Below are positions 1 through 12,039 of a stretch of 64,000 nucleotides of DNA, one piece after another. The position numbers were made by a program, and so were the translations under genes. The notes under the pieces are model-generated. The model was not told the origin of the DNA. It did no database searches and saw nothing but the letters and a program-made list of their open reading frames with translations. Each line of letters opens with the position of its first letter. The stretch's first letter is position 1. This DNA is from Octopus sinensis (Eukaryota). The stretch lies in NCBI RefSeq assembly GCF_006345805.1, contig NC_043001.1:117118001-117182000 (forward strand), in the 5' to 3' direction.

Positions 1-151
1 TTAAAGAGCCATGACAGACAAGTGTTAAGGTAACTGGTAACTATTTGAACTGAATGTTTTATTTCAGAGGGATTTCTAAATTTTTCTTATAAAAATAATA
101 CCTACAAGTCAAGGTTTGATTTGGGAGGTTTAGTTCACCAAATGGATTTAT

Positions 152-534
152 GGAAGCACTCCGTCGGTTACGACGACGAGGGTTCCGGTAGATCCGAATC
201 AACGGAACAGCCTGCTCATGAAATTAACGTGTAAGTGGCTGAGTACCCCACAGACACGTGTACCCTTAACGTAGTTCTCGGGGATATTCAGCGTGACAAA
301 GAGAGTGACAAGGCTGGCCCCTTGAAATACAGGTACAACAGAAACAGGAAGTAAGAGTGAGAGAAAGTTGTGGTGAAAGAGTACAGCAGGGATCATCACC
401 ATCCCCTGCCAGAGCCTCGTTGAGCTTTAGGTGTTTTCGCTCAATAAACACTCACAACGCCCGGTCTGGGAATCGAAACCGCGATCCTACGACCGCGAGT
501 CCGCTGCCCTAACCACTGGGCCATTGCGCCTCCA
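152..534 (-). mobile_element. tRNA-headed SINE (family C here; resembles Octopus OR-type SINEs), full length
   Basis: Minus-strand head GGAGGCGCAATGGCCCAGTGGTTAGGGC...GTTTCGATTCC has A/B-box-like motifs. 16-bp TSD CACCAAATGGATTTAT at 136-151 and 533-548. Confidence 0.9.
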
Positions 535-645
535 CCAAATGGATTTATTGCACATCCGAAGTAAACCAAGAGATTTTCTGGTGCCCACACAACACACACA
601 CACATATATATATATATATACATATATATACACACACATACATAC

Positions 646-685
<40 letters not shown>

Positions 686-688
<3 letters not shown>

Positions 689-845
689 GGTACAGTCGTG
701 GTTGTATGGTAAGAAGATTGCTTCATAACCATATGCTTCTAGGTTCAGTCCCACTGCATAACACCTTAGGCAATTGTCTTCTACTATGGCCTTGGACCAA
801 CCCAAGTCTGTTGAGTAGATGAAAAATGAAAGAAGCCTGTCGTGT
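686..845 (+). mobile_element. SINE-A 5' half, diverged
   Basis: GTGGTTGTATGGTAAG...GGTTCAGTCCCACTGC...GAAAGAAGCCTGTCG matches the head of the other SINE-A copies. Confidence 0.75.
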
Positions 846-846
846 A

Positions 847-890
<44 letters not shown>

Positions 891-1296
891 TGTTTGTGTG
901 TGTGTACATACATATGTATGTATACACACACACGTCATATATATATATAAAGCACATGCATACACACATACATTCACACACAGATAAATATGCATGCATA
1001 CAAACACATCCCATATACATAATAATAATAGCTTTAGCACATCAGATGACAGCTCACATTGAGGCGATGAGACAGACATCTGTAAATTGCAGTGATGTAT
1101 GCATATATCACAACATGACGTGCATACCTCCCTCTAGGTATCTAAGTATCTAGAATTAAAGAGCCATGACAGACAAGTAACTGGTAACTATTTGAACTGA
1201 ATGTTTTATTTCAGAGGGATTTCTAAATTTTTCTTATAAAATAATACCTACAAGTCAGGTTTGATTTGGGAGGTTTAGTTCACCAAATGGATTTAT

Positions 1297-1677
1297 GGAA
1301 GCACTCCGTCGGTTACGACGACGAGGGTTCCGGTAGATCCGATCAACGGAACAGCCTGCTCATGAAATTACGTGTAAGTGGCTGAGTACCCCACAGACAC
1401 GTGTACCCTTAACGTAGTTCTCGGGGATATTCAGCGTGACAAAGAGAGTGACAAGGCTGGCCCCTTGAAATACAGGTACAACAGAAACAGGAAGTAAGAG
1501 TGAGAGAAAGTTGTGGTGAAAGAGTACAGCAGGGATCATCACCATCCCCTGCCAGAGCCTCGTGGAGCTTTAGGTGTTTTCGCTCAATAAACACTCACAA
1601 CGCCCGGTCTGGGAATCGAAACCGCGATCCTACGACCGCGAGTCCGCTGCCCTAACCACTGGGCCATTGCGCCTCCA
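1297..1677 (-). mobile_element. SINE-C, second copy within the tandem duplication
   Basis: Same sequence and same 16-bp TSD (1281-1296, 1676-1691) as 152-534. Confidence 0.9.
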
Positions 1678-1814
1678 CCAAATGGATTTATTGCACATCC
1701 AGAAGTAAACCAAGAGATTTTCTGGTGCCCACACAACACACACACACATACACACAACACACACACACACACGTACGTACATGCACACGTACACACACAC
1801 ACACACACACACAT

Positions 1815-2100
1815 AGTTAAGTTAATTTTTGGGCTCAAAAAGCAAAAAGCAAGGCCATGTAGGGGGACATGGAGTTATGTACAGGGAGGGTGTTCATGCA
1901 AAGAGTTCAGGCCATTTGTGGTCAAGGGAGACTTTGAACCGAGCGGTCGTCGGCATCTTCACTATCTCGTCCGGCAGCTTATTCCACGGATCCGCAACCC
2001 GGATGGAGAAAGCCCCTCTCCTTCAATTGAGATGAAATCGTCGCAAATAGAGCTCTTCGGAGTGACCCCACAGCCGATGCTCTGGAGCAGGAGTGAAGAA
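1815..2100 (-). mobile_element. CR1/L2-type LINE, 3' end of ORF2 plus UTR
   Basis: Minus strand translates RLWGHSEELYLRRFHLN*RRGAFSIRVADPWNKLPDEIVKMPTTARFKVSLDHKWPELFA* (stop at 1894-1896), the typical CR1 ORF2 C-terminus (RGH...F...RV...WN.LP). Confidence 0.8.
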
Positions 2101-2184
2101 CAGCTCTTTCGAGAGGTTACACTTTCCACTTATGATGCATGCATGCACACAGAAAAGATGTACTGGAATCACTGGCAATGGAGA

Positions 2185-2430
2185 CATATGGCTTCATGGT
2201 TAAGGTGTTGGACTCATGGTCCTAAGATTGCAGTTTTGACTCCTGCACTGGGTGGCACATCGTGTTCTTGAGCAAAACACTTCATTTCATGTTGTTCCAA
2301 TTCACTCACCTGGCCACAATGAATAATCCTGTGATGGTCTGGTGTCCCATTCCGGTGGGGAATATATATACACCAGAGAAACTAGGAAATCAGCCCTTAT
2401 GAGTCAGCATGACTTGAGAAGGTATTTTTG
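2185..2430 (+). mobile_element. tRNA-headed SINE (family G here), diverged
   Basis: TGGCTTCATGGTTAAGG head and GTGTTCTTGAGCAAAACACTTCATTTC core are shared with 10691-10925 and 45080-45360. Confidence 0.7.
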
Positions 2431-2724
2431 CTTTAATCACTGGCAGACTATCCAAGAATTTAAGCTTCATATGTAATAGGTGCACTAGAGCAGTACATAC
2501 AAGCACATCTGAAATTAAGTCTCCTAAATGTCAAGATGGCTCATTAGAGGTAGTTGATTGCTTTTGTTATCTAGGAGAAGTAATTAGCAAGAGAGGGGGT
2601 TACTCTGAAAGTATAGTTACTAGAATAAGAACTGGTTGGAGGAAATTCAGGGAGCCAAGACCCCTGGCAACAACAAAGACCTTTTCTCTAAGAGTGAAGG
2701 GCAGATTCTCTTTTTTTTTTTTTT

Positions 2725-3105
2725 TTTTACTTGTTTCAGTCATTTAACTGTGGCCATGCTGGAGCACCGCCTTTAATTGAGCAACTTGACCCCGGGACTT
2801 ATTCTTTTGTAAACCCAGTACTTATTCTATCGGTCACTTTTGCCGAACCGCTAAGTAACGGAGACATAAGCACACCAGCATCGGTTGTCAAGCAATGCTA
2901 GGGGGACAAACACACACACACACATATATATATATATACATATATACGACAGGCTTCTTTCAGTTTCCGTCTACCAAATCCACTCACAAGGCTTTGGTCG
3001 GCCCGAGGCTATAGTAGAAGACACTTGCCCAAGGTGCCATGCAGTGGGACTGAACCCGGAACCATGTGGTTGGTAAGCAAGCTACTTACCACACAGCCAC
3101 TCCTG
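2725..3105 (-). mobile_element. tRNA-headed SINE (family A here), full length
   Basis: Head CAGGAGTGGCTGTGTGGTAAG, B-box-like GGTTCAGTCCC, internal (CA)/(TA) microsatellite and GACTGAAACAAGTAAAA tail. More than 10 copies are in the window. Confidence 0.9.
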
Positions 3106-3545
3106 TGTACAATGCTTGTTAGAAATGCAATGTTGCATGGTAGTGAGGTATGGTAGTGAGATATTAGCCTTGAATGTAGAGGACTTGAGAAGACTGGAAA
3201 GAAATGAAGTGAGCATGCTCTGTCGGATGTGCAACATGAATGCGAGCAAAAGAATTGGTTCAAAGGTGCTGAATGAAAGACTGGTTTTCAGAAGAATCAG
3301 ATGTTTTCAAGAAAGAATTCTGAGATGGTTTGGTCTTGTGATGCTTAAGGATGAGGAGAGTCTTATAAAGAAATGCTATTTGTTTAATGTGGCTGGAACC
3401 TGCTGAAAAGGAAGACCTTGGAAGATATGGGATGAAGTGGTGACAGCTGACCCCAAGACCTTGAGTCTGATGGACGAAAAGACAGAGGAGTGGAATTTCT
3501 GATGATATGAGATTCTCAAAAAGGCTCACCCACCTCAGCAGAACT
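3106..3545 (+). mobile_element. RTE-X-like LINE ORF2 C-terminal fragment, diverged
   Basis: ORF 3116-3406 YGSEILALNVEDLRRLERNEVSMLCRMCN...LRWFGLV parallels HGSETWAVTAEDMRKLVRNEASML*WMCN...LRWYGHV of the element at 35950-38280. Confidence 0.8.
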
Positions 3546-4209
3546 GAGTTCAGGAAGCACTATATTTTGGGTTCTCCACCCATTACAGTGACTCCCTCCC
3601 CCTTGTGCACTATGTCTACCTCTTCCCCCTTCTCTCTTGTTTTCCATCCACCAGCAACTCTGAATACTCCCTGATCCCCTCTCTTCAGCATCCCTCTACC
3701 ATCCCCAGCTCATAACTTTTGTCTTATCCTCCCTTCAACCCCACTTTTTGGCAGTCTCCCCCCCCCATTCCATACAATCTTATAAACCACTACACACTTC
3801 TATTCTACTCAGTTTGTGCCTTGTGGGGTTACCTGGGCATTTTATCTCCTCCATTATATATGTCTTGCGGCCCCTACTGGTCATTTTCTCTTCTTCCTCA
3901 CTCACAATTTGTTTCCTATTATATGAGTAGCCATGCAGATCCCCCTGCAAGAACCTGCTCAGCTCTTCTCTCTCATAATAATCCCTTCATCCCCTAGAAT
4001 GAAACTCCCCCACCCCACCTAGCCTAGGGCTCATGGTCCTGCAAACTGCATGGCAAGCTCAATAATGCAGATTGGTACAGGAATATCACCCAGTCCATGC
4101 TGGCATTAGGAAGGGTATCCAGCCATGGAAACCATGCCAAAGTCCTTGGACACATTAGTTCCTGTCAAACCATCCAACATGGAACATGAATGTTAACTGA
4201 TATATCTAT

Positions 4210-4378
4210 ACGTATGAGTAGGGGCTGAAAAGCTCCTGGCTTTGGATAAAAGAAAATATGATTTTATTTAACATATTTCACTCTCAGATTCACATACTTA
4301 TTGTAGCAGTCCTTCAGTTTTCCTAAGCCCTGTAAAAGAGCTCAGAATGTTGGGCCCCCTACTAGGTCTTCCATGATA
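4210..4378 (-). mobile_element. mariner-family transposon 3' end with TIR
   Basis: Minus strand 4335-4264 reads LQGLGKLKDCYNKYVNLRVKYVK*, a mariner transposase C-terminus. TIR-like GAGTAGGGGCTGAAAAGCTCCTGGCTTT is at ~4216-4243. Confidence 0.7.
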
Positions 4379-4394
4379 CATACATTCATACATT

Positions 4395-4425
<31 letters not shown>

Positions 4426-4468
4426 AACGTTGACTTTTTGACGTACACAATATTTTAATCATTTATAT

Positions 4469-4715
4469 AAAAGCACCATCCGTTCGTGGCTGTTTGCCAG
4501 CTCCGTCTGGCACCTGTGCGGGTGGCACGTAAAAAGCACCCACTACACTCACGGAGTGGTTGGCGTTAGGAAGGGCATCCAGCCGTAGAAACATTGCCAG
4601 ATCAGACTGGGCCTGATGCAGCCTTCTGGCTTCCCAGGCCCCAGTTGAATCGTCCAACTCATGCTAGCATGGAAAACGGACGCTAAATGATGATGATGAT
4701 GATGATGATGATGAT
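4469..4715 (+). mobile_element. 5'-truncated 3' end of RTE-X-like LINE with (ATG)n tail
   Basis: GGTTGGCGTTAGGAAGGGCATCCAGCCGTAGAAA...GCATGGAAAACGGACGCTAAATGATGATG is the reverse complement of the 3' UTR at 35950-36200. Confidence 0.85.
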
Positions 4716-5184
4716 ATATTGTGTACGTCAAAAAGTCAACGTTTCTTTTTTCTAAGAGACCGCGCAGACAACGAACGTGTGATTGTGTTGATTGACACAC
4801 CATGACATTCATGTGTGTGTGTATTCTGTGTGTGCATGTGTGCTGACGTCATGGAAGTCATGTATTTTTTTTTATCAAGAAATAGCAAAAATTGTATTTA
4901 ATCGATTAAATAGTGGTCCAAATGTCTCAAAAATTTGTACTGCACTGCCAACGGTAAGTATGAAAATAAATATGTAAAAATATTAAGATAGAATATACTA
5001 TTTCTGAGATATTTCAGTTACATACAAACATCCCTAGAATTGTAGTATTATCAAGATCATCATCATCATCATAATCATCGTTTAACGTCCGCTTTCCATG
5101 CTAGCATGGGTTGGACGATTTAGCATGGGTTGGACGATAATATATAAATATATATATATATGTATGTTTGTATGTATGTATGTA

Positions 5185-5720
5185 TACAGAAATGGAAATT
5201 TCTGTCTGTTTGTGGGTGTGTGCGTGTGTTTGTGGGTGTTTAACTTCTCCGAGACTATCCATCTGATCTAGATGAAACTTGACACGTGTGTGAGGTTTAT
5301 GCCCATGTAGTCACTTGTGCACTTGGAAGTTTTAAAAAATCGATAATCTTTAATCAGCATCGATTTTTCAAAAATCAGTAGGACATTTCAATGCAAATTC
5401 TCATATGAATATTATTTTCTGCCATAACTTTTAAAAGTTTACAACAGATTTTCTTGAAATTTTATACACAGATGGAATATGCACTAAGCATGGGTTGAGA
5501 CGAATAAATTTTTACCTAGGTCACTCAAGCAAAGTTTTGATTAACTGATTAACGAAATTTGGCCTAAATTGTTGTGGGGTTAAAATGTTCATTAATTATT
5601 TTAGCATTCTCAGGCTGCTGTAACATGTATTTTCTTAACACCAGCACTTAGAATTATCGATTCTGAACGCTGCAATCGATATTTGATTCTTGCGATCAGT
5701 GGAACTATAACCCATGAAAC
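5185..5720. mobile_element. Probable non-autonomous Helitron/Helentron-type or DNA element remnant
   Basis: The GTCTGTTTGTG... microsatellite-like start and CCATCTGATCTAGATGAAACTTGACAC motif resemble the interior of 45748-46110. Ends are not resolved. Confidence 0.35.
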
Positions 5721-6187
5721 ACAGTCGTTGCACTTAGGATTTTTTGGGGTTGCAAGAGGATTTGCCCCAAAATGACGAAAATCATCGTTTTTGCATGCTT
5801 TTTTCCCCTCCCCATAGCATCTTACGACCGCCACATTGTTACCTCTGCACTCCAGCCGTTTTTGTAAGTATAAAGTTTCTTTCTCTAAATATTTTTTTAT
5901 TAACTTTTCAAACTTTTGTGCCCTTTTTTTCATAGCACTCCTTTACAATTCCCTTGTTGATTTTTCTATTGATTATATATTTGCAGCTTTCCACTCATTT
6001 GACTAAACGATTGTCATTTTCAGATTCCACACGTATTTATTTGTATTATTGTTTCGTGAATGAATTCGCTTATACCTTCTATTATCTGTCCTATGTCTTG
6101 ATTTCACTTTTCATCTGAGAGGAATTAGGCATTGTAATGGGTACTGGGAATAACTCTCCTCCCGAATATTACTGGGTACCTCAGCAA

Positions 6188-6246
<59 letters not shown>

Positions 6247-6257
6247 GTGTGTGTGTG

Positions 6258-6539
6258 TCCGTTGCCAGCCTCGCCTGGCCTCCATGCCGGTGACACGTAA
6301 AAGCACCATCCGTTTGTGGCCGTTTGCCAGCTCTGTCTAGCACCTGTGCGGGTGGCACGTAAAAAGCACCCACTACACTCACGGAGTGGTTGGCGTTAGG
6401 AAGGGCATCCAGCCGTAGAAACACTGCCAGATCTGACTGGGCCTGATGAAGCCTTCCAGCTTCACAGACCCCAGTTGAACCGTCCAACCCATGCTAGCAT
6501 GGAAAACGGACGCTAAATGATGATGATGATGATGATGAT
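6258..6539 (+). mobile_element. 5'-truncated 3' end of RTE-X-like LINE with (ATG)n tail
   Basis: Near-identical to 4469-4715 with one extra upstream module. Confidence 0.85.
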
Positions 6540-6557
6540 ATACCTGTAGTATATTAG

Positions 6558-6990
6558 CATTTGTGATCTACACAAAATGATTTTCCAGGACATTTACTAC
6601 AGTCTAAGGTGTTATAAAGAATACATCCGAGTTAGGTTGGATGTGCTAATAAATATTCATTATTAAAGTTGCTTCTGTCATTAATAGCTAATGTATCCAT
6701 GGTGGCCTGCTAACTTTCCAAACACCACTGGTTTGGCTAGCTGCTGCTGCTGCTGATCCATACTACAGTGAAAGGATGTGATATGGTAGTGTCATTCACT
6801 AGTTCTGACAAAATTTCATCAACCTATAATAGAATTTAGATGCTTTTTAGTGTTTGCTGTCTACACAAAATGACTTTTCAGGATGTTTACAGCAGTCTAA
6901 GACATTATAAACAACACATCCAAGTTAGGCTGGGTGTGTTAATTGATATTCGTTACAAAAGCTACTTCTGTCGGTAATTGCTTATTTATA
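6558..6990. repeat. Old ~140-bp direct repeat (6558-6697 vs 6850-6990)
   Basis: TCTACACAAAATGA...CAGTCTAAG...ACATCC.AGTTAGG...CTTCTGTC occurs twice, ~290 bp apart, with many substitutions. Confidence 0.7.
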
Positions 6991-7526
6991 CGAAAGCATT
7001 GCATTCCTGAAAATTTTGCCAAAATATAGAATTTTGTAATGGGAAACCTATTGACCCCTTATTAACCTTCATGTTATTCTACATTATGGCTAGATTTTCA
7101 GGAACACAACACTTCTGTAAGGCAGGGGATGCTATATAAGAAATTGATACTATTAGTGCTAACATTTAATTAAAAAGTTAATTAGAAATATATGTACAGT
7201 GACAAATGAAAAAAAGTTATTAAATAATGATTAAGGATATTTTCATTTATTCTGCGAGTATGGGAGATAACTTCTGTTATGTTTTGGACTTATTCACTCT
7301 CATGAGTAAAACTGTCGTGATATTGACTGAAAGATTGACATCACTAAATTATGATAGTCGTTAAAATATGACAACAGAAAGGTTCCTTGGTGAACACATT
7401 TTATTTGTTGTAAATGTAATATCATGAACACAATAACAATGCAATGGAGTTTTACAGTATATATGTATGCATACATGAACACATATACACACATAAACAT
7501 ATTATTTATTTTATTTTTCAAATTAT

Positions 7527-7878
7527 TTTATTTGTTTCAGTCATTTGACTGCGGCCATGCTGGAGCACCCCGGGACTTATTCTTTGTAAGCCCAGTACTT
7601 ATTCTATTGCTCTCTTTTGCCGAACCGCTAAGTGACGGGGACGTAAACACACCAGCATCGGTTGTCAAGCAATGCTAGGGGGACAAACGCACACACACAA
7701 ACACACATATATATATACATATATACGACGGGCTTCTTTCAGTTTCCGTCTACCAAATCCACTCACAAGGCTTTGGTCGGCCCGAGGCTATAGTAGAAGA
7801 CACTTGCCCAAGGTGCCACGCAGTGGGACTGAACCCGGAACCATGTGGTTGGTAAGCAAGCTACTTACCACACAGCCA
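7527..7878 (-). mobile_element. SINE-A, near full length
   Basis: Same head, core and tail as 2725-3105. Confidence 0.9.
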
Positions 7879-8395
7879 TGTATATTTCTTCTCTGAGTTT
7901 TATATAAGTTCTTAAGAAAGTGCAAGTTGGTCGCTGGCAAAGCAAAAGGACTTCTCAAGTTAAGTCAGTTCCAAGTGTTTGTAAATATATTGCTGAGTTG
8001 GTGTGTTGGTTGAACTGTCGATGCATGCGTTCAAGTGTGTGCACCTATTCATCTGAAGTATCTCAGATGGAGAATCTTTGGAATATCTTACAAATCTTCA
8101 TTGTGTCACCAATAGACTGGATTTGGAAATATGTGTGTCAGTTACTTTTGATCTTTCTTTGAAAACACTATTGGTTCTGAGTTTTTGTGTAAATTTGGAG
8201 GGACATAACCCAATGCATCTATGACAATAGGTACAAATAAAGATTTATAAGCAGGGTACAAAAGCTGTAAGTTCTGCATTAATTCAGGGTAAATGTTCCC
8301 TTTTTCCTGAACCGTTGATGGTACATTTTCATCTACTGAACAGTCGATTCCTACAACAATATATGACTTTTGCTCCTTGTCTCACAAAACAATTA

Positions 8396-8774
8396 GGAGC
8401 ACTCCGTCGGTTACGACGATGAGGGTCCCAGCTGATACGATCAGCGGAATAGCTTGCTCGTGGAATTAACGTGCAAGTGGCTGAGCACTCCACAGACACG
8501 TGTACCCTTAACATAGTTCTTGAGGAGATTCAGCGTGACACAGAGTGAGACAAGGCTGATCCTTTGAAATACAAGTACAACAGAAACAGGAAGTAAGAGT
8601 GAGAGAAAGTTGTGGTGAAAGAGTACAGCAGGGATCACCACCATCCCCTGCGGGAGCCTTGCAAAGCTTTAGGTATTTTCACTCAATAAACACTCACAAT
8701 ACCCGGTCTGGGAATCGAAACCGTGATCCTACGACCGCGAGTCCGCTGCCCTAACCACTGGGCCATTGCGCCTC
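8396..8774 (-). mobile_element. SINE-C, full length
   Basis: Same family as 152-534. 13-bp TSD CTCACAAAACAAT at 8381-8393 and 8775-8787. Confidence 0.9.
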
Positions 8775-9040
8775 CTCACAAAACAATATCAGGTCTGTTA
8801 TGGTTGCACTGAATTGGTGTTTTTATCTGAGTGTTCCATCGGTATTCCTTCTTTTTAAAGGTGTGTATACATGCCGGTTCTGACAAACCTTTTCTGTAAA
8901 CATCAGGACAATCCTTCTTGTGGATAGCATTGTAAATAGTCATTTCAGCTATATCATGCCTTAGCGGTAGGTAATATCTCAGTCATTTTAGGACAGGTGC
9001 TGCTGATGTGGGTGATATCTCCCATACTGGCATTAGTATA

Positions 9041-9248
9041 CTCTTTTACTTGTTTCAGTATTTTGACAGTGGCCATGCTGGAGCACCGCCTTTAGTCGAG
9101 CAGATCGATCCCAGGACTTATTTTTTATAGGCCTAGCACTTATTCTATGGGTCTCTTTTGCCGAACCGCTAAGTTACGGGGACGTAAACACACCAGCATC
9201 GGTTGTTAAGCGATGTTGGGGGGATAAACACAGACACACAAAAAATAT

Positions 9249-9310
<62 letters not shown>

Positions 9311-9465
9311 TACGATGGGCTTCTTTCAGTTTCCGTCTACCAAATCCATTCACAAGGCTTTGGTCGGCCCAAGACTATAGTAGAAGACACTTGCCCAAGG
9401 TGCCACACAGTGGGACTGAACCCGGAACCATATGGTTCGTAAGCAAGCTACTTACCACACAGCCA
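9041..9465 (-). mobile_element. SINE-A, full length
   Basis: Same head, core and tail as the other SINE-A copies. Confidence 0.9.
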
Positions 9466-9787
9466 TTTCTATCACAACATGAGAAATTAGGAGGAGGAAT
9501 TTTCTGGATTGGATACCCCTCACTGTACTGAATAGCATATATCTAGTACAAAGCTCTTACCTATCTATTTTTCTCGCACCAGACTGTATTATTTATTCCT
9601 CCTCTCAGAATTTGTACAACTTTGGAACTGCTAGCATTCATTTCCCTCACCATGGGGTACTGCATAACCATCCTTTCCTTCCTCTCACTAGGGTGTACTA
9701 CCTAACCATCCTTTCATAGATTTACCTAAAGAATATCTTTGTATATATGTACACACACACACACACACACACACCACACACACACAC

Positions 9788-9988
9788 GAAGGGTTGGCCA
9801 AAAGTCAACTGACAGTAAATCAAAACCATTTAATTCTAAGATTAGAACAAAAAAATATTTTATATTTAACTTCGTTAATAAACAGACAAAAGCAGTCAGT
9901 TATTAAACATTCATGATTGGAAGGAATAAATAAAATTGAATATGAAATTTATGATTTTCTATCGGGTGACTTTTGGCTAACCCTGTAT
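9788..9988. mobile_element. Tc1/mariner-type MITE, ~200 bp
   Basis: TIRs AGGGTTGGCCAAAAGTCA (9790-9807) and TGACTTTTGGCTAACCCT (9967-9984) match at 17/18. The right end is followed by GTATA. Confidence 0.75.
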
Positions 9989-10155
9989 ATAAATGGTGGT
10001 GCCCCAGCATGGCCACAGCTCGTGAGCTAAAACTAGATAAAATATGTACACACACACACACACACACACACGTTATACATAACAACAGGAAGGGCTTCTT
10101 GCTGTTAAGCATTGCCTCAATAATAAAAAATTATCCGTGATTCTCCATGTATGTA

Positions 10156-10214
<59 letters not shown>

Positions 10215-10690
10215 GTGTGTATGCGCGTATTCAGCAGTCATTGCCAAGCAATGTTTAGGCAAAAACGAACTTGAAGTTAGTTAAAATATTTTTGCAACAT
10301 ATTTCAACTTCTAAAGGCAAATTCACTGCCATTGTTGTGAAGAAGAATTTCTCTTTTGGCAAAAGGTGTGAAAGCACCATATCTCCCCAGTATTGCCCTC
10401 ACTCTGATTCTCTGGTGCAGCATTTTTTTAGAATAAATCAATCAGTAGTGGTAATACTATGACTGTATCTGATTATTGAGCGAAACTAAATAAACTTCAC
10501 GTCTAAAAAGTAAAAAAGCGAATGGTAATAATAATTCTAATGTTGAGGATATAGAGGTATCTTCTACTGGAATTTCTTCACATACTCATATCAATATCTC
10601 TGACGAATTTACAATTTGCAGCAATAAGAAAAATATTCCACAAGGAATAACTATTGATAAAACTAAACAAAGATAATTAGGAAAAGAATG

Positions 10691-10925
10691 GGGGCGCGTG
10701 GCTTAGTGGTTAGGGTGTCAGCACCATGATCGTAAGACTGTGGTTTCGATTCCTGGACCGGGCGACGCGTTGTGTTCTTGAGCAAAAAACGTTGCTCCAG
10801 TTCACTCAGTTGGCAAAAATGAGTAACGCTGCGATGGACTGGCATCCCATCCAGCTGGGGAATACATATGCCATTGAAACCGGGCCCATGAGCCTGGCTA
10901 GGTTTTAAAAGGGCGCATTTATCTT
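10691..10925 (+). mobile_element. SINE-G, full length
   Basis: tRNA-like head GGCGCGTGGCTTAGTGGTTAGGG...GTTTCGATTCC. The central GCGATGGACTGGCATCCCATCCAG resembles the V-SINE-type domain (from memory). Confidence 0.8.
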
Positions 10926-11198
10926 CTATTTATGATACTCCTTATGTTTAGATGGTAAAAACAAGTATACCTAAGATTTCCTTTGATATAACTAACAAAA
11001 AATATTTCACTAAAACATAAATACCTCAACATCTTTAATAAATTTGAAGTGAAATTCTCAATCTTTATAACAGTCAATCTAGTTCATAACATTAACTAGT
11101 CCAGTACCTCTAAAATTAACAAGCACACCGAATGTAACCTTAATTTCAGGCTAAACACAAGTACTTATACTTATTAATATAGTAACGAATCTATGAGA

Positions 11199-11410
11199 GC
11201 TGCAAGCTGGCAGAACCGTTAGCACTCCGGGCGAAAAGCTTAGCGGCATTTCGTCCGTCTTTACATTCTAAATTCAAATTCCGTCGGGGTCGACTTCGCC
11301 TTTCATTCTTTCAGGGAGGATAAAATAAGTACCATTTTCACACTGAGGTTAATTTAATCGACTTAACCTCCACCCTGAAATTACTGGCCTTGTGTCAAAA
11401 TTTGAAACCA
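11199..11410 (+). mobile_element. tRNA-headed SINE (family B here)
   Basis: GCTGGCAGAACCGTTAGCAC head, AATTCAAATTCC B-box-like motif and CCTTTCATTCTTTCAGGG..GATAAAATAAGTACCA core are shared with ~10 copies. Confidence 0.85.
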
Positions 11411-12039
11411 GTATAGTAATGAAACCTAGAAGTAGATGTAGATTCCAAAATCCAAACTCTACCTAGCGATCCTGGGAATAAAAGTAGAAATAGTGACTCA
11501 ATCCTTTCATCACTCAGCCTAAAAGTAACGGTAAAGAAAAAAACTTGTAACTTGAGACAAAATAATGTGAGCAGTTCGAGCAATAGAGGATATGTTGGTA
11601 TAAACTTTACGTATACAAACCAAAGTACTAGGAGTACTAACAAGAAATCTTTTTCAGTCGCAAGATTCCCGACTTCCGCAAGCAACATTAATAGTCCGAG
11701 TTTAAATTTAGTGAAGTGAACGTGTATTTGTAAAGCTGATTTAATTTCTGCCAACACTGACTTCAAGTATGCAATTTCAACCAATAACTGAGTCTAGTCG
11801 CAGTTTATTTATTTTCGTTCAGGGTCTGGCGGTCGTCTTAGAGGTGCCCTGCGTCAAAAAATATCATTTGTAGCAGACGTTTTCTCAACATCGTTCACAC
11901 GCGCCTGGAGTTGGGCTCAGAAGTTACAACCCGAATTGTTATCTATAAACGGAAAAATTAAAAGTAATTCAAATCCAGTGTTCTCTTGAAACAATAACTT
12001 TCTATAGAGATTAGGGTTTAAATTCCAATCTATTAAAAG

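Larger units (their letters stand above)
1..1745. repeat. Tandem duplication, period ~1155 bp (1-~600 vs 1156-~1745), including a SINE-C with its TSDs
   Basis: TTAAAGAGCCATGACAGACAAG starts at 1 and at 1156. The copies run parallel to CTGGTGCCCACACAACAC and differ almost only by small indels. Confidence 0.9.

Noticed and set aside
460-534. tRNA-like sequences at SINE heads (also 8700-8774, 10691-10770, 25100-25170)
   Set aside because: They have A/B boxes but no acceptor stem or proper anticodon arm, and they continue into SINE bodies with TSDs.
6443-6470. CTGATGAAGCC... (also 30318, 10600, 49011, 50126) as hammerhead cores
   Set aside because: Each lacks a correctly placed GAAA, stem II or stem I partner.
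199-8644. Repeated ORFs MVMIPAVLFHH... and MFIERKHLK...
   Set aside because: They are incidental frames within SINE-C copies.
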